DNA of 64,000 nucleotides from a virus. Taxonomy: Duplodnaviria; Caudoviricetes. Each line of letters begins with the position of its first letter. The first letter of the stretch is position 1. A program made the position numbers and the translations under genes. Below are positions 20,064-30,793 of the stretch, piece by piece. The stretch is from positions 73,434 through 137,433 of IMG/VR virus record IMGVR_UViG_3300009037_000004; one strand, written 5' to 3'. The notes beneath the pieces are model-generated. The model searched no databases. It saw nothing but the letters and a program-made list of their open reading frames with translations, and was not told where the DNA came from.

Positions 20064-21368
20064 CTAGTACCCGCTGATGTCCGTGCTGCCTTGGCTTACG
20101 GACATCGTGTTCTCCGAGTCAAAGGGGCTGCCTCCAGGATGCTGAACCGGATCAAGCCCCATCTCCTCCAGGTCCATGAGGGCCTGCTTCTCCAGCTCGT
20201 AGGGATCTGAAAACTCCTGCTCGAGCGCCCTCGCCGCATCGTAGTCCTCATCGATGTTCGCGGCCTTGTCGTTTCCCGTCAGGTACTCATCCACGTTGTC
20301 CCTGATCTTACTCCTCAGGGCCAGCGTCCTCTGTGGCTTCGGGACCACGACTGACTCGGGTGGGTTGGCGTAGGAGTCAGCACCAGCGATGCCCTTGGGA
20401 AAACGCATCTTCCGGTTCTGGAAGTACGTGTTCACCAGGCTCAGGAACGTGAGGTTCTGAGCCTGCAACCCCATCGTGAGAGCGGCGGCGAACATGCTCG
20501 TACCAGATGCGATCCCCTTGGAGACCCCCTCGGCGACTGACGAGGTGTTCTGAGCATTGGCCGAAGACTCTGCCGCGTTCCGTACCGCCTCGGTCGTGCT
20601 GGTGTACTCGGCCGCGGCCGAGGCGTAGGCGCTCAACTCGGAGGAGTCGTAGACCTCGGTCAGGTTCGGCATGGAGGGGATGCTGACCGCATGAGTGACT
20701 GGGTAGGCATCATCCCCAACCGTGCTCAGGTACATGTGGCTGGTCACAAAGAGCTGGAAGGAGAATGGGATGTGGTAGGGCATGTCCGCGTCATCCCGCG
20801 CACTCGCCCCCAGCATGTATCCCTCCACCACGATGTCATCGAAGTAGAGGTACATCCGAGCGTTCTGTTCGACTAGCTTGGTTCCCCGAAGGACGTTCTC
20901 GTAGTTGTACCAGAACTCTGTCCGCCAGTTGAAATCAAGGGTGTTCATCAGAAGGCCGGAGACGTTCAGGAGCCGTGGCCGCTCACCAAAGAAGAAGATG
21001 TAGGTGTCGCCGAAGGTCTCCAAGATCTGACTCTTCTCCTGCCGGCTTTCGTCCACCCGCTGGATGAAGAAGTTGGAGTAGTTGGTCGAGCTGGCAAGAG
21101 CGGAGGAACGATTGCCAGAAGTAAGCGTCTTCGATCCCGCCCCGGTCTTCGTCCCGGAAGTCCCGGACTTCGATCCACCAGCGTCCGTGAGCGGGATTGC
21201 CTCTCCATTGGCCTTCAACACCTTGATGATGGCGTAGGTATCGTCCTTGATCTCAAACCCCCGAGTTGGCCGGCGCACCCCAGCGTAGAGCTCGGACTTC
21301 TTGGTGGTGGACAACTTGTCGAGGTTGTCCGCGAACTTGTCGGTTCTGATTTCGATGAAGGTGGCCAC
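20064..21368 (-). CDS. Tail/baseplate protein (tube-initiator-like)
   Basis: 'EKSQILETFGDTYIFFFGERPR'; position after tape measure. Confidence 0.5.
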   Translation of the reverse strand: MATFIEIRTDKFADNLDKLSTTKKSELYAGVRRPTRGFEIKDDTYAIIKVLKANGEAIPLTDAGGSKSGTSGTKTGAGSKTLTSGNRSSALASSTNYSNFFIQRVDESRQEKSQILETFGDTYIFFFGERPRLLNVSGLLMNTLDFNWRTEFWYNYENVLRGTKLVEQNARMYLYFDDIVVEGYMLGASARDDADMPYHIPFSFQLFVTSHMYLSTVGDDAYPVTHAVSIPSMPNLTEVYDSSELSAYASAAAEYTSTTEAVRNAAESSANAQNTSSVAEGVSKGIASGTSMFAAALTMGLQAQNLTFLSLVNTYFQNRKMRFPKGIAGADSYANPPESVVVPKPQRTLALRSKIRDNVDEYLTGNDKAANIDEDYDAARALEQEFSDPYELEKQALMDLEEMGLDPVQHPGGSPFDSENTMSVSQGSTDISGY

Positions 21369-21376
21369 CGCAACTC

Positions 21377-21589
21377 CTAGATCGAGATGTTCGTCTTGAT
21401 AAGGTAGTCTTTGATCGCCCTGGGAGTCTTGGTCACATTGATCGTCTCACCAGACCGAAGGGAGAGTCCCTTGGCTCGAGCCAGCACTAGGTACGGGTCT
21501 TCGACCGTGATCGAGGTACGAAGGGTGACCGTCACCACCTTGCCGTTGGCTAGGGGGTAACGCCTGCTGACTTCTGTCCGGCAGTTCAT
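21377..21589 (-). CDS. Hypothetical protein
   Basis: Coupled ORF. Confidence 0.5.
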   Translation of the reverse strand: MNCRTEVSRRYPLANGKVVTVTLRTSITVEDPYLVLARAKGLSLRSGETINVTKTPRAIKDYLIKTNISI

Positions 21590-24500
21590 GATGGCGGCTT
21601 CTCCTTCGGATTATCAACAACATCGATCTTATTGTTGTTGTTAATCATCGTGAGCTGCTCAAGCATCCGTAGGAGGGTCAGGTGCTGACCCTTCGGACTT
21701 CCAATAGCCTGGCCGGCTGTGTCGCCGGCGTTGTTCCGCAACTTGTTCACGGAATCGTAGAGGATGTTGTTCTTGGGATCTCCAAGTTGACCCAGCGATC
21801 TCGCGACGACCCGGGATTGCATGAGCTCCAATAGCTTCTGCGGGTTCTTATCCCGGATTGCCCCCATGATCTCATCGGCGTTCTGTTTGGCGACAGGGTC
21901 CGACATGGGATCCAGAATCTTCTTCCGCGCCGCGTCAGCCGCTGCAGCATCCGAACCCGTCAGGGCCTTCATCGTCTCTCGTGAGATCTTGATACCCGTC
22001 AAGGCGTGGAAGGCGCCCATGGCCCTCTTGGGATCATCAATGAGGCCGCCCCGTCCGCGTTTGGTCAAAGCCGTAGCCATCATACCGCCCTGAACTGCGG
22101 TCGAGAGCATCTCCGCGCCGGGGACGTTCTTGATGATCTGGGCGACCTCTGCCATCTTCTCGGGGTCCGCCTGACCGGAAGCCTGGACGAGCTCCTTCAC
22201 CCGATTCATCACGACTTCTGGATGCGCTCCCGTGTCATCCACCAGCTCCCGCACGATTTGACCAACCGATCGTCCGCCCCCTCCCTTGACTGCATCGAAG
22301 GCCGTGAGAACAGCTTCCTTCTGATCTCCCATGCTCTCGATCATGCGTTCGCGACGCCTGGTCAGCGTCTCCGTGAAAGCTAGACGCGACTTGTCTTGGT
22401 GCACCCCTCCCAACGCAGCCAGTAGTCCTTGAGACTCCTTGTACTTGGGATCTTTTGGATCGGTCAGGCGAGATACGACCTCCCGCTCTTCTTTGGACAA
22501 GTCCTTGTCGGACATGGTCATGAGCTTGGTGCTCAGATCAGAAATCGCCTTCTCCTTCTTAGCCTTCTCCTCCGGCGTTTTCGGCTCATAGTTGGTCCAC
22601 CGAGCCAGATCTTGAAACTCCTTCTTCCCCTGCAACTTCCTGATCGTGTCTGGACTCACATGACGACCACCTACCTCGACCATCGTTCCCGCCCCTCGGA
22701 TGCCCATACCCTGCACCATCCGACCACGTTCAGTCATACCTTCAGCCAGCGCCTTCTCGGCCCCCTCCATACGTTGGCCCAGTATCTTCTCGGCCCCCTC
22801 AATCCCAGCCATGAGCCCAGTGACCCCTAGACCTTCCAATTCCCCAGTGACGTCCATCGCCCCGAAACGGCCACGTTGCTCGCCCGTCTGGGCTGCCATA
22901 AGGCGATTCGCCTGCTGTTGCCGATCTTTCGTACCAGAAACGAGAGCACGCAGGTTGGCTCCTCCAACACGCCCTTGCTGAATCTCCCGCACCATCGCAT
23001 TCGCGAGATCTCGGCCCTGCAAACCCGTCGTGTGGGCAAGACGTGCGGCGGCCATCTGGTAGGTGTTGTCATTCATCTCCTCTTGGGCAGCTTTGATCGC
23101 TTTGGCTCCAGTCTCCATACTCGAGAACCCCAGAGCCTTGGCTCCACGCTCCCCAAACTTGCCAGAAGCCGCGGCAAAAGCGCCTTGCTCGGCTTGCTCG
23201 ATGTCCGCCTTGGACATGGATCTGAAACGGTTCTGCTCCTCTGTCGTTCCGCCTCCGAAAAGGAATCCCATGGCACCGCCACGACGGGTGAATTTCATGG
23301 CGCCACCGCGCTCCGCCCCCGACACCAATCCCTGCTCCCGATTCGCTCGTTCTCGTTCCTCCGCCGTATTGAAAGCGTACTCCCCAACCCCCATCTTTCG
23401 AAGTGTCTCAATCCTCCGATTGGTGAACTCTCCACCCCCAAACATACCTGGCAGCGCGTTCGACAGCATATTCTGGGCGCCTGCTAAAGCCCCCATACCC
23501 TGGAATGATCTGGTCGCACCCTGCCCGACCAAACCGAGACCAGACCCCATCGCCCCGTATTGCTTCTCATACTGGCCTGGTCGCCCGAACATGACCTCCA
23601 TCTGGGTCGTGTCCCCCATTGCTCCCTGCTGAAGCGCCCGCATCTCCGATCCACCAATTCCACGGACGCGATGACGCATGGGAGTAGCGCCCCAGAACTT
23701 GTCAGTGGCGTGTTCATAGAAATGAGCGATGCCACGGGACATCTCCGCCCCGAACTTCTGGAGGGGATCTTTGACGTTCTGATCAAACCACTTAGATGCC
23801 TGGCGTTTCACTCCCTCCCACGACCGGTTCATCACCTCATCGCGGTTTCGCATCTCCTGATCAAGGGAGGACGCTCCACGCGCCTCGTTCTCCTGCATGA
23901 TCCTGGGTGCTTCCCGCGCCATCTCAGCCAGCATGTCGGACTGGCGAGCGGAGGTGCCGAAGTACCGGCTCATCAACCGGCGAGTGACATACTGATCTCT
24001 GGCCCCCTCCCCGTACATGCTTGGCCCGACAAGAGTGCGGATGAGACCGAGCTGGGCCTCCGGTCCCTGCTTGATGAGCTCGCCTCGGAGGTTCTGCTCA
24101 TTCATCACGAAGTTGAACGCACCCTGCTTGCCGATGTTCCCTCGAGCCTGACCTCCAATCTCTCCCAATCTCATGCCACCTTGAGTGAACCGCTGAAGAG
24201 CGCCCGTGTCGAGTCGGCTGAACTTGTCCCTCCCCAAGCCAGCCAGGAGCCATCTGGCAGTCCCACTGGCCGCGAAACGGGTTGTAGCGGCCTGAAGAGT
24301 TCCAGCCATTGACTGAATGGCCTCGGAGCCCTGAAGACCTCCTGTGGCCTCCGACATCTGCTGCTCAGAAACGGCCCCACCCCTGACTGCTCCCCCCACG
24401 AACTGCATCGTCTTGGCCATTCCGGCTGCCCCAGTCCAACCCTCAGCCCCGACCTGACGAGCCATGCCCGCTCCCTGGGCCATCATCTGCTGCGTCTGGG

Positions 24501-25434
24501 CCACGCTCATGCCGGTGGCTCCGGCGGTCTGCCGGGCCATCTGGGCACTCTTCACGATGTCCTGGGGTGTCCAGAAGCCCATCTGACGAGCCTGCTGGAA
24601 GAAGGGAAGGGCACCTTCCAGGGTGGTGTTCATCGTGGTAGAGATCTCTTTCAGAGACTTCACCATGTCCTGGAAGCGAGTCTTGAACTCCTTCACATCC
24701 TGGACCGCCCGGAACATCCCCATCCCAGTCCCAGCCTTGGCCACGCGGAGGAGCTCCTGGGGGCTGGACATCATGTCCTGATGCCCCATCGTCCGCATCA
24801 TGTCCGCGATTCCCCCAGACTGCTCTCGGCTGAACCCGAAACCACTCTCGGACTGGGGGTTCGTGAAGCGGAACTGACTGCCAAGGAAGTTCTGGACCTG
24901 ACCTTGGTACTGGGCGCCCTGGACCATCTGACCGACGCCGTACTGAAGACCCGCGCCGATCGCCATCGGAGCCGCGGCAGCCATCAGACCGCCAGCCACG
25001 CCGCCAATCCCTGCCCGTGCGATCGATCCAATCCCACCCTGGGCGATACGACCCAAGTTCCCCATTACCCCCATGCCACCAGAACGAAGGCCAGCTCCAC
25101 GAGCAAATCCACCCAGGCCCTGGGAGAGAGGATCAAGCCCACCGATCATGCGTCCGACACCAGGAAGGAAAGAACCACCGATCATGGCGGCCGTACCCAA
25201 AGCTGGGAGGCCGATGTTACCCATGGCACTCAGACCCCTGACCCCCATCTCGTCCGCCCCGCCTTCCACAGGATTGGTACCACCGTACCCTGCTCCAGCC
25301 ATGGGGTTGGAGTACGTCGGAGTCGGGCCCTGCGCTCCCCCCGGCGTAATCTGCTGGGAGTAGCTAGCGAAGTTCCCGAACATGGCCTGCTGGCCACCGA
25401 TCAAACCCGAGATTTGATGACTACTTATGGGCAT
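21586..25434 (-). CDS. Tape-measure-like protein
   Basis: 1282 aa, Gly/Ala/Met/Gln-rich helical, upstream of baseplate genes. Confidence 0.65.
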   Translation of the reverse strand: MPISSHQISGLIGGQQAMFGNFASYSQQITPGGAQGPTPTYSNPMAGAGYGGTNPVEGGADEMGVRGLSAMGNIGLPALGTAAMIGGSFLPGVGRMIGGLDPLSQGLGGFARGAGLRSGGMGVMGNLGRIAQGGIGSIARAGIGGVAGGLMAAAAPMAIGAGLQYGVGQMVQGAQYQGQVQNFLGSQFRFTNPQSESGFGFSREQSGGIADMMRTMGHQDMMSSPQELLRVAKAGTGMGMFRAVQDVKEFKTRFQDMVKSLKEISTTMNTTLEGALPFFQQARQMGFWTPQDIVKSAQMARQTAGATGMSVAQTQQMMAQGAGMARQVGAEGWTGAAGMAKTMQFVGGAVRGGAVSEQQMSEATGGLQGSEAIQSMAGTLQAATTRFAASGTARWLLAGLGRDKFSRLDTGALQRFTQGGMRLGEIGGQARGNIGKQGAFNFVMNEQNLRGELIKQGPEAQLGLIRTLVGPSMYGEGARDQYVTRRLMSRYFGTSARQSDMLAEMAREAPRIMQENEARGASSLDQEMRNRDEVMNRSWEGVKRQASKWFDQNVKDPLQKFGAEMSRGIAHFYEHATDKFWGATPMRHRVRGIGGSEMRALQQGAMGDTTQMEVMFGRPGQYEKQYGAMGSGLGLVGQGATRSFQGMGALAGAQNMLSNALPGMFGGGEFTNRRIETLRKMGVGEYAFNTAEERERANREQGLVSGAERGGAMKFTRRGGAMGFLFGGGTTEEQNRFRSMSKADIEQAEQGAFAAASGKFGERGAKALGFSSMETGAKAIKAAQEEMNDNTYQMAAARLAHTTGLQGRDLANAMVREIQQGRVGGANLRALVSGTKDRQQQANRLMAAQTGEQRGRFGAMDVTGELEGLGVTGLMAGIEGAEKILGQRMEGAEKALAEGMTERGRMVQGMGIRGAGTMVEVGGRHVSPDTIRKLQGKKEFQDLARWTNYEPKTPEEKAKKEKAISDLSTKLMTMSDKDLSKEEREVVSRLTDPKDPKYKESQGLLAALGGVHQDKSRLAFTETLTRRRERMIESMGDQKEAVLTAFDAVKGGGGRSVGQIVRELVDDTGAHPEVVMNRVKELVQASGQADPEKMAEVAQIIKNVPGAEMLSTAVQGGMMATALTKRGRGGLIDDPKRAMGAFHALTGIKISRETMKALTGSDAAAADAARKKILDPMSDPVAKQNADEIMGAIRDKNPQKLLELMQSRVVARSLGQLGDPKNNILYDSVNKLRNNAGDTAGQAIGSPKGQHLTLLRMLEQLTMINNNNKIDVVDNPKEKPPS

Positions 25435-25603
25435 GGGGCCTCGACCTGCTCTTGGTCAGCGTAGCTCGGTGGCCTGAAAATCGCAACGAGTCGGTGGGAT
25501 AAGAGTAGTGTGGTGGAAAGGCCACTACCACAAGGATCACCGTCACCCGGTGTGCCGCCTCCGGGCGAGTAAGGACCGGGTGGAGAGCTCCGGGCGATCC
25601 GCT

Positions 25604-25777
25604 TTACCTCAGACCCCACTTGAGCTCATACCGCCGCGCCTGCTCCACCTCCAACTCCCGGATAATCCTGCGGGCGATGATGCGCTCCTTGGCATTCCCC
25701 ATCCGCAGGAGACGCTTCTCTTCTTTCAGACGTTCCGCGAGCTCATCGTCCTTCAGGGACTGGTGGCCGGAGCGCAT
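25604..25777 (-). CDS. 57 aa basic protein (MRSGHQSLKDDEL...)
   Basis: Manually translated; below the ORF-track cutoff. Confidence 0.5.
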   Translation of the reverse strand: MRSGHQSLKDDELAERLKEEKRLLRMGNAKERIIARRIIRELEVEQARRYELKWGLR

Positions 25778-25986
25778 TCAGCTTCTCGATCATGGAGCAG
25801 CTTCCAAGCCAGATAGGTCTTCAGGATCGATCGCTCCATCTTCATCAGGGCTTCGTTTCCCTGACCCATGAACCACTGCTGGAAGCGGCCCAGCTCGGCA
25901 TCCATCGCTTCGGCAACTTCGACCTTCGAGCTTTGATCCAGCCCGCGTGGGAGATCTAGTTCAATCCTCATGTTGTAATCAGCCAT
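25753..25986 (-). CDS. Hypothetical protein
   Basis: ORF track. Confidence 0.55.
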   Translation of the reverse strand: MADYNMRIELDLPRGLDQSSKVEVAEAMDAELGRFQQWFMGQGNEALMKMERSILKTYLAWKLLHDREAECAPATSP

Positions 25987-26070
25987 GCCCCCATCGTAGG
26001 GCGGTGTAGATTGTGCGTCAAGACAGGTATAAGAAGAGCATCGAGAGACACGTAGCTAACAGGAGGAGTC

Positions 26071-27447
26071 ATGCAAGAGTTTCGACAATCCCACGGACGA
26101 ACCGGGGAACGGTACTGGCAGATCGGGTTCAAAGCTCCGCCAGGACAAGCCCCAGAGATCGTGGCCACAGCATGGGGCGCTATCGTAGACGGCAAGCACA
26201 AAGAACACGGTCGGACGGAGGACCGACCTGGACCGAAGGGGAAAGCAGGCACCAAGGCATTCATGAACGCAGCGGAGAACGCTGTCTTCATGCACGAACG
26301 GTCGATCAGAAAGAAGCTGGAGGAAGGGTACGTCGAAGTTGGCTTGGACGGCCGACCGCTCATTGGTGGGCCGGTGGAGACTCCCTCACTCGATCATCGC
26401 TACTGGCTGCCCAAGAACCTTTGCTTCTCCAAGCCACGCAACAGCATGACGCAGGCCCGCATCCAGGCTTTGGAGGACGCCAATGATCTTCTCTTCACCA
26501 GGAAGATGAACGGCATGATGGTCCCCGTCCATGTCAAGAACGATGGGATGGTGGATTTCTACAGCCGCCGGATGGACAGAATGACTGCCCACTTCCCTCA
26601 CCTCGAGCGGGCTTTAGGTCCGTTGGGTATATGTCTTCCCCCAGACAGCATCCTCCTCTTCGAGGCATTCTTGGGGGAGGGCAACGCGAAACCCGACCTG
26701 TTGAAGGTCCAAAGCGTCATGCGTTCTCTTCCTGGTCGGGCGCTCGAGCTCCAGGACGAGCACGGCCCCATGAAGTTCTACCTCTTCAGGATCCCTGTCT
26801 GGAAAGGCATAGACTTGGAGAAGAGGAACACCTGTGGGCAGCAGGCGGAACTGATCGAGAACACCTTCCACGACCGTTTCATGGGGTGGCGAGATGAGTA
26901 CAAACCCTGGTCGAAGATCCAGTTCCTCTACACCCTCCAGAGCTTCGAGGGCACCGCGCCAGAAGCTCTGGCAGAAGCGGAGGAGCACGGGTACGAGGGT
27001 TGGGTCTGCTATCAGAAGTCGGCCATCATGGGGGACTACTCCTACGGCTTCCACGGCAAGCCAGACCGGCCGGCGTGCTGCTTCAAGCTGAAGCCGTGGG
27101 AGGAAGACGACTTCATCTGCTACTGGGACCCTGAGAAAGGCTCCAAGAAGCATCCATTGGGAAGCTGGGGTTCGGGGAAGAACAGCAAACGGGTCGGCAC
27201 CCTCAGTCTCTACCAGCTCGATTCCTCCGGGGGCGAGGTCTACATCTGCGAAGTTGGGAGCGGGATGAGTGATGAGGACCGGGAGAGGCTGACCAATCCC
27301 GCCCTCTACCCGATGGTAGCGGAGATCAAGTACGAGACGAGATCCTACCGATCAGAGGGAGAGAAGTCCAATGCCCTCTCTCACCCACGAGTCGAACGCT
27401 TCCGGGACGACAAGACACCGGCTGAGTGCGTGAACGAGTCCCTATAG
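26071..27447 (+). CDS. lig: ATP-dependent DNA ligase with N-terminal WGR-like domain
   Basis: Motif I 'RKMNG', 'EGWV', 'FKLKP', OB fold 'VGSGMSD', 'HPRVERFRDDK'; AGGAGG RBS. Confidence 0.85.
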   Translation: MQEFRQSHGRTGERYWQIGFKAPPGQAPEIVATAWGAIVDGKHKEHGRTEDRPGPKGKAGTKAFMNAAENAVFMHERSIRKKLEEGYVEVGLDGRPLIGGPVETPSLDHRYWLPKNLCFSKPRNSMTQARIQALEDANDLLFTRKMNGMMVPVHVKNDGMVDFYSRRMDRMTAHFPHLERALGPLGICLPPDSILLFEAFLGEGNAKPDLLKVQSVMRSLPGRALELQDEHGPMKFYLFRIPVWKGIDLEKRNTCGQQAELIENTFHDRFMGWRDEYKPWSKIQFLYTLQSFEGTAPEALAEAEEHGYEGWVCYQKSAIMGDYSYGFHGKPDRPACCFKLKPWEEDDFICYWDPEKGSKKHPLGSWGSGKNSKRVGTLSLYQLDSSGGEVYICEVGSGMSDEDRERLTNPALYPMVAEIKYETRSYRSEGEKSNALSHPRVERFRDDKTPAECVNESL

Positions 27448-27630
27448 CTGGGCTTGGATGAAGACCTTGCCGCAGCGAGAGCAGGCGTACTTCCCCTTCT
27501 CCGTGTTGCTCTCGACCGCGTAGCCCAGCTTGCACTTGGGGCAACGAACCTTTCGGAACGCTCCCGGGTGCCCCGTCTTCTTCACCACGATCTGCTGGCG
27601 TTTGGTCTTGCTGGTAATGATCTTGGCCAT
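27442..27630 (-). CDS. Zinc-ribbon protein
   Basis: CPKC...CSRC. Confidence 0.55.
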   Translation of the reverse strand: MAKIITSKTKRQQIVVKKTGHPGAFRKVRCPKCKLGYAVESNTEKGKYACSRCGKVFIQAQL

Positions 27631-27631
27631 T

Positions 27632-28414
27632 CTACTCTCCGAAGACCGCAGCTCCTTCCGGGAGCTGCGGCGGTGGGGTTCCCTCGGGGGACCCTTCCTT
27701 AGCTTCGACCTCGGCGATGAACTTCTCGGCGTCTTCGATCACCGCTTTGTCGTAGGGCTCGCCCCGCGCCGCTTTCCCGAGCTCCGTGGCGAGACGCTGG
27801 GTGCGTTCGAGAAGCTCCTTGGCTGCCGCCTCCACCTCCGCTGGGTCGTTCCCATCGGCCTTGGCTTTCTCGGCAACCTTCTTGAGCTGCTCCTCCAGCG
27901 CCTTCATCCTCTTCTGCTCTGCCTCTTCCTTCTGACGTTTCTCGGCATTCAACTGAGCTAGCACCGCGAGGTCCTTCTCAACCTCGCCATGATAGTACGC
28001 CCAGTCCAGGCGGCGAACAACACTGCCCGTGGTGCTGGGATCGGCTGGGGGCAGGACAACATCTGTCATCTTGATGGTGGGTTCCGGCAGAACCGCGATC
28101 TTGTCCAGGGACTTCCGAATCTCTTCCACCTCGAGCGCCAGAGCGTTGAGCACCTTCTGGTGCGCCCGGAGATTGAACTCGGAGGAGTCCAGACCGGTCT
28201 TGAGCTCCTGCTCATTCGACCACATCTGTTTGACCGTGGCCCCAGTTCTCTGATCCAACTCCTTCATCACGCCCATGAAGTGGGCGAAGACGTTGTCAAG
28301 TTGTGCGAGAGTTACCCGCTGCCTTTTTCGATCCGCCACGGCTGGACGGGAGCCCGCTGATTTTTCGGCCTTTGGCTTTCCCTTCCTTGCGGCTTTCGTC
28401 TTTCGGTCGGACAT
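27632..28414 (-). CDS. Coiled-coil protein
   Basis: ORF track. Confidence 0.65.
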   Translation of the reverse strand: MSDRKTKAARKGKPKAEKSAGSRPAVADRKRQRVTLAQLDNVFAHFMGVMKELDQRTGATVKQMWSNEQELKTGLDSSEFNLRAHQKVLNALALEVEEIRKSLDKIAVLPEPTIKMTDVVLPPADPSTTGSVVRRLDWAYYHGEVEKDLAVLAQLNAEKRQKEEAEQKRMKALEEQLKKVAEKAKADGNDPAEVEAAAKELLERTQRLATELGKAARGEPYDKAVIEDAEKFIAEVEAKEGSPEGTPPPQLPEGAAVFGE

Positions 28415-28676
28415 TGTCAGCCACCTCGCTGTTGTCGATCCGGGAAATCTCGTCCTGGATCTTGGTTATCGGCCCTTGTTCGATCTCCCCCACGACTTCC
28501 CCAATCGCGGATTGGGGAACCACCATCCCGCCGCCCTCAGTCCTGATGCCCTGCTTCGCAGGCGCGGCATCAGTATCGATGAATCGTCGTAGATGATCAA
28601 CCACTTCTTGCCAGATGGCCTGGTGGTGAAGGAGCTGACTTCGCTTGATCAGAATCTGCTGAAAAGGTGTTGTCAT
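28296..28676 (-). CDS. Hypothetical protein (start MTTPFQQ)
   Basis: Trimmed from the ORF track. Confidence 0.5.
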   Translation of the reverse strand: MTTPFQQILIKRSQLLHHQAIWQEVVDHLRRFIDTDAAPAKQGIRTEGGGMVVPQSAIGEVVGEIEQGPITKIQDEISRIDNSEVADNVRPKDESRKEGKAKGRKISGLPSSRGGSKKAAGNSRTT

Positions 28677-28837
28677 CGCGGTATAAGGTCCTTGTCTCCC
28701 ATCGACTAACGAGGTCGTCCGGCCGCCCACTGGCTGAAGAGATCTCCGCCGGAAGGTGTAGGGTTGAAGTCCCTGCTGAGGAGGCCGTGGGAAGGCCAGT
28801 ACCGTGTTGTGCTGACCGGCCCCCACGTTTCTTTAGC

Positions 28838-29089
28838 CTACTTGCAGAGCCCATCGTACCGCCATGCCTTGTCCAACCGCTCCTGAAGAAGGTAGCCGCC
28901 TCGGGTGTTTCCCACGAGGCACGCCTCCACGCAATCCCTCTCATCCAGGGTGGGCTCTCGTAGGAAGATCACTTGAGTCGCTTTCTGTCCCCGGGCTTGA
29001 GTCGCGGTTTGGATGGCTACCCATTCACGGATCGTCTCCCCTGTCCTGGTATGAAGGGGCATCTCAAGTAGTGCCAGTGGTTTCGTCAT
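28838..29089 (-). CDS. Hypothetical protein
   Basis: ORF track. Confidence 0.5.
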   Translation of the reverse strand: MTKPLALLEMPLHTRTGETIREWVAIQTATQARGQKATQVIFLREPTLDERDCVEACLVGNTRGGYLLQERLDKAWRYDGLCK

Positions 29090-29093
29090 CGTC

Positions 29094-29816
29094 CTACGCC
29101 CGGATGAAGGTCAGGAAACGATCGTAGAGCTGGGCTCCATTGCTCGTGTCCTTGATGATGTTCTTGAGCGGGTAGATGTGAAGACCGCGGTTCGCCCGTG
29201 CCTTGTTGATCTCTTCTCCACCCCGTGCTCTAGCCGCCTCCATTGACGTCTGGTACCGGATGTCAGTCGGGTGGTACTTGACGTAGATGTCCGCGTGATG
29301 CTCGAGCCTCACAAACATCCTATGGATCACTGCCGCCCACTTGGGGGGAGCTAGGAAGAAGAACAGCTCCCCCACCACGTCGTCCTGGCCCCACATCTTG
29401 TCGCAAGCGCGGCACATGAGCTGAGTCCCGGCCCGCTCGTGCGGGTAGATGATTCCCCCGCAGGTGGGTTCTGGGCAGAGGTAGAGCTTGTCGTCTCCTC
29501 CGCCATGCAGCTTGGAACCGCTGAGGTAGACCGACATCACGCCTGGGAAGGGCTTCCAGGTAGACCGCCCCTTCCCGAACTGGACCTCGACCTTGAACCT
29601 GGCCGTGAGCTGCTTCCCTCCGAACAGCCTGTCGATGGCCTGCATCTTCTCCTTGACGACTTCTCTCTCGCCAGGGGTGAGGTCATCGATGCTGATCGTG
29701 GGTTGCCCCATCCGCTCCTGAAGCCGTCTGCTCTCCTCCGGCCCGTAGAACTCCCCATCGACCCCCTCTCCCATGTGTCGAAACGGAGACATCTGATGCG
29801 GATTCGCGGGCATCAC
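29094..29816 (-). CDS. Hypothetical protein with zinc ribbon
   Basis: CPEPTC...CRAC. Confidence 0.65.
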   Translation of the reverse strand: MMPANPHQMSPFRHMGEGVDGEFYGPEESRRLQERMGQPTISIDDLTPGEREVVKEKMQAIDRLFGGKQLTARFKVEVQFGKGRSTWKPFPGVMSVYLSGSKLHGGGDDKLYLCPEPTCGGIIYPHERAGTQLMCRACDKMWGQDDVVGELFFFLAPPKWAAVIHRMFVRLEHHADIYVKYHPTDIRYQTSMEAARARGGEEINKARANRGLHIYPLKNIIKDTSNGAQLYDRFLTFIRA

Positions 29817-30316
29817 TATCCTCCTTCACGGATGCCGTAGGCCCCCTTGTGACTGGGACCGCCCCGGCCGGGGCCCGGCATCCTGGGGTCGAAGACGAGG
29901 TTGCTGGCTGTTCTGCGGGGGCTGGCGCCGACGAGGGGGAAACTATCGATCGATCCTCGGCGGGCAAGCACCTTCGGTGCTGCCTTCAGCCCTTCCATCA
30001 GCAGCTTCGCCACCCGCCGAACGCTCTCCTCCGGCTTGTGGGACTGGAGGATGAAGTTCCATCCGTAGACCAGCTTCCCGCCTCGCATGAAGTACTGCTG
30101 GCAGACATGGGCACTCCAGTCATCCGCGCGGGCCAGGACATACTCAAGGATCGCCAGCCAAGTCCTCTTCTCCCCGACCCGATAGAGAACCTTGACGCCT
30201 GCCGCATCGGAGCTTGCCCTGACGACCCCAGCCACCCCGGTCTTATTGATCGCCCCCGCCAAGATCTCGGCTGGGGTGACTGTCTTTTCAACTTTCTTTC
30301 TAGCCATGGTCCTCAT
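29816..30316 (-). CDS. Hypothetical protein
   Basis: Coupled ORF. Confidence 0.6.
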   Translation of the reverse strand: MRTMARKKVEKTVTPAEILAGAINKTGVAGVVRASSDAAGVKVLYRVGEKRTWLAILEYVLARADDWSAHVCQQYFMRGGKLVYGWNFILQSHKPEESVRRVAKLLMEGLKAAPKVLARRGSIDSFPLVGASPRRTASNLVFDPRMPGPGRGGPSHKGAYGIREGG

Positions 30317-30568
30317 CCAGGTTGGGGATCACTCCAGAGTCGATACGCCGGAGCATATCCTCGAGCTCCTCCAGCACACAGCCGAGGTTGTGAACAGTTA
30401 GCTCCAACGTACTCAACACAGCCGATGTCCCGGACCACTTCAGTAAGGACAAGATCCTGCCATCATCCTCGACCTCCCGGACACGCCGATGAACGATGGA
30501 GTGCGCCTGCTGAAAGGCTCGGAGATCGAGTCGATGTTCAGCCAGCTCGTCTGCTATCGCCTTCCGAC

Positions 30569-30793
30569 TTAGTCCGTCTCGTCGTCCTTGTCGATCAGTC
30601 CGTTCCGTAGGGAACGCAATAACCCGAGCTCCGCGTGAAGTCCCTTCCCCGCCATCGCCAAGATCTCCTTCATCGGCCCGGACGTGATTGGGTTTGCCCC
30701 TTCTGCCACCGTCTTCACATGCAACTCCAGGACCCGGCAGTACACGTTGATCGTGTCCACTGTCGCCTTCTGGAGCTCGAGGTTTATCTCCAT
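30569..30793 (-). CDS. Hypothetical protein (start MEINLELQ)
   Basis: Trimmed ORF. Confidence 0.5.
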   Translation of the reverse strand: MEINLELQKATVDTINVYCRVLELHVKTVAEGANPITSGPMKEILAMAGKGLHAELGLLRSLRNGLIDKDDETD

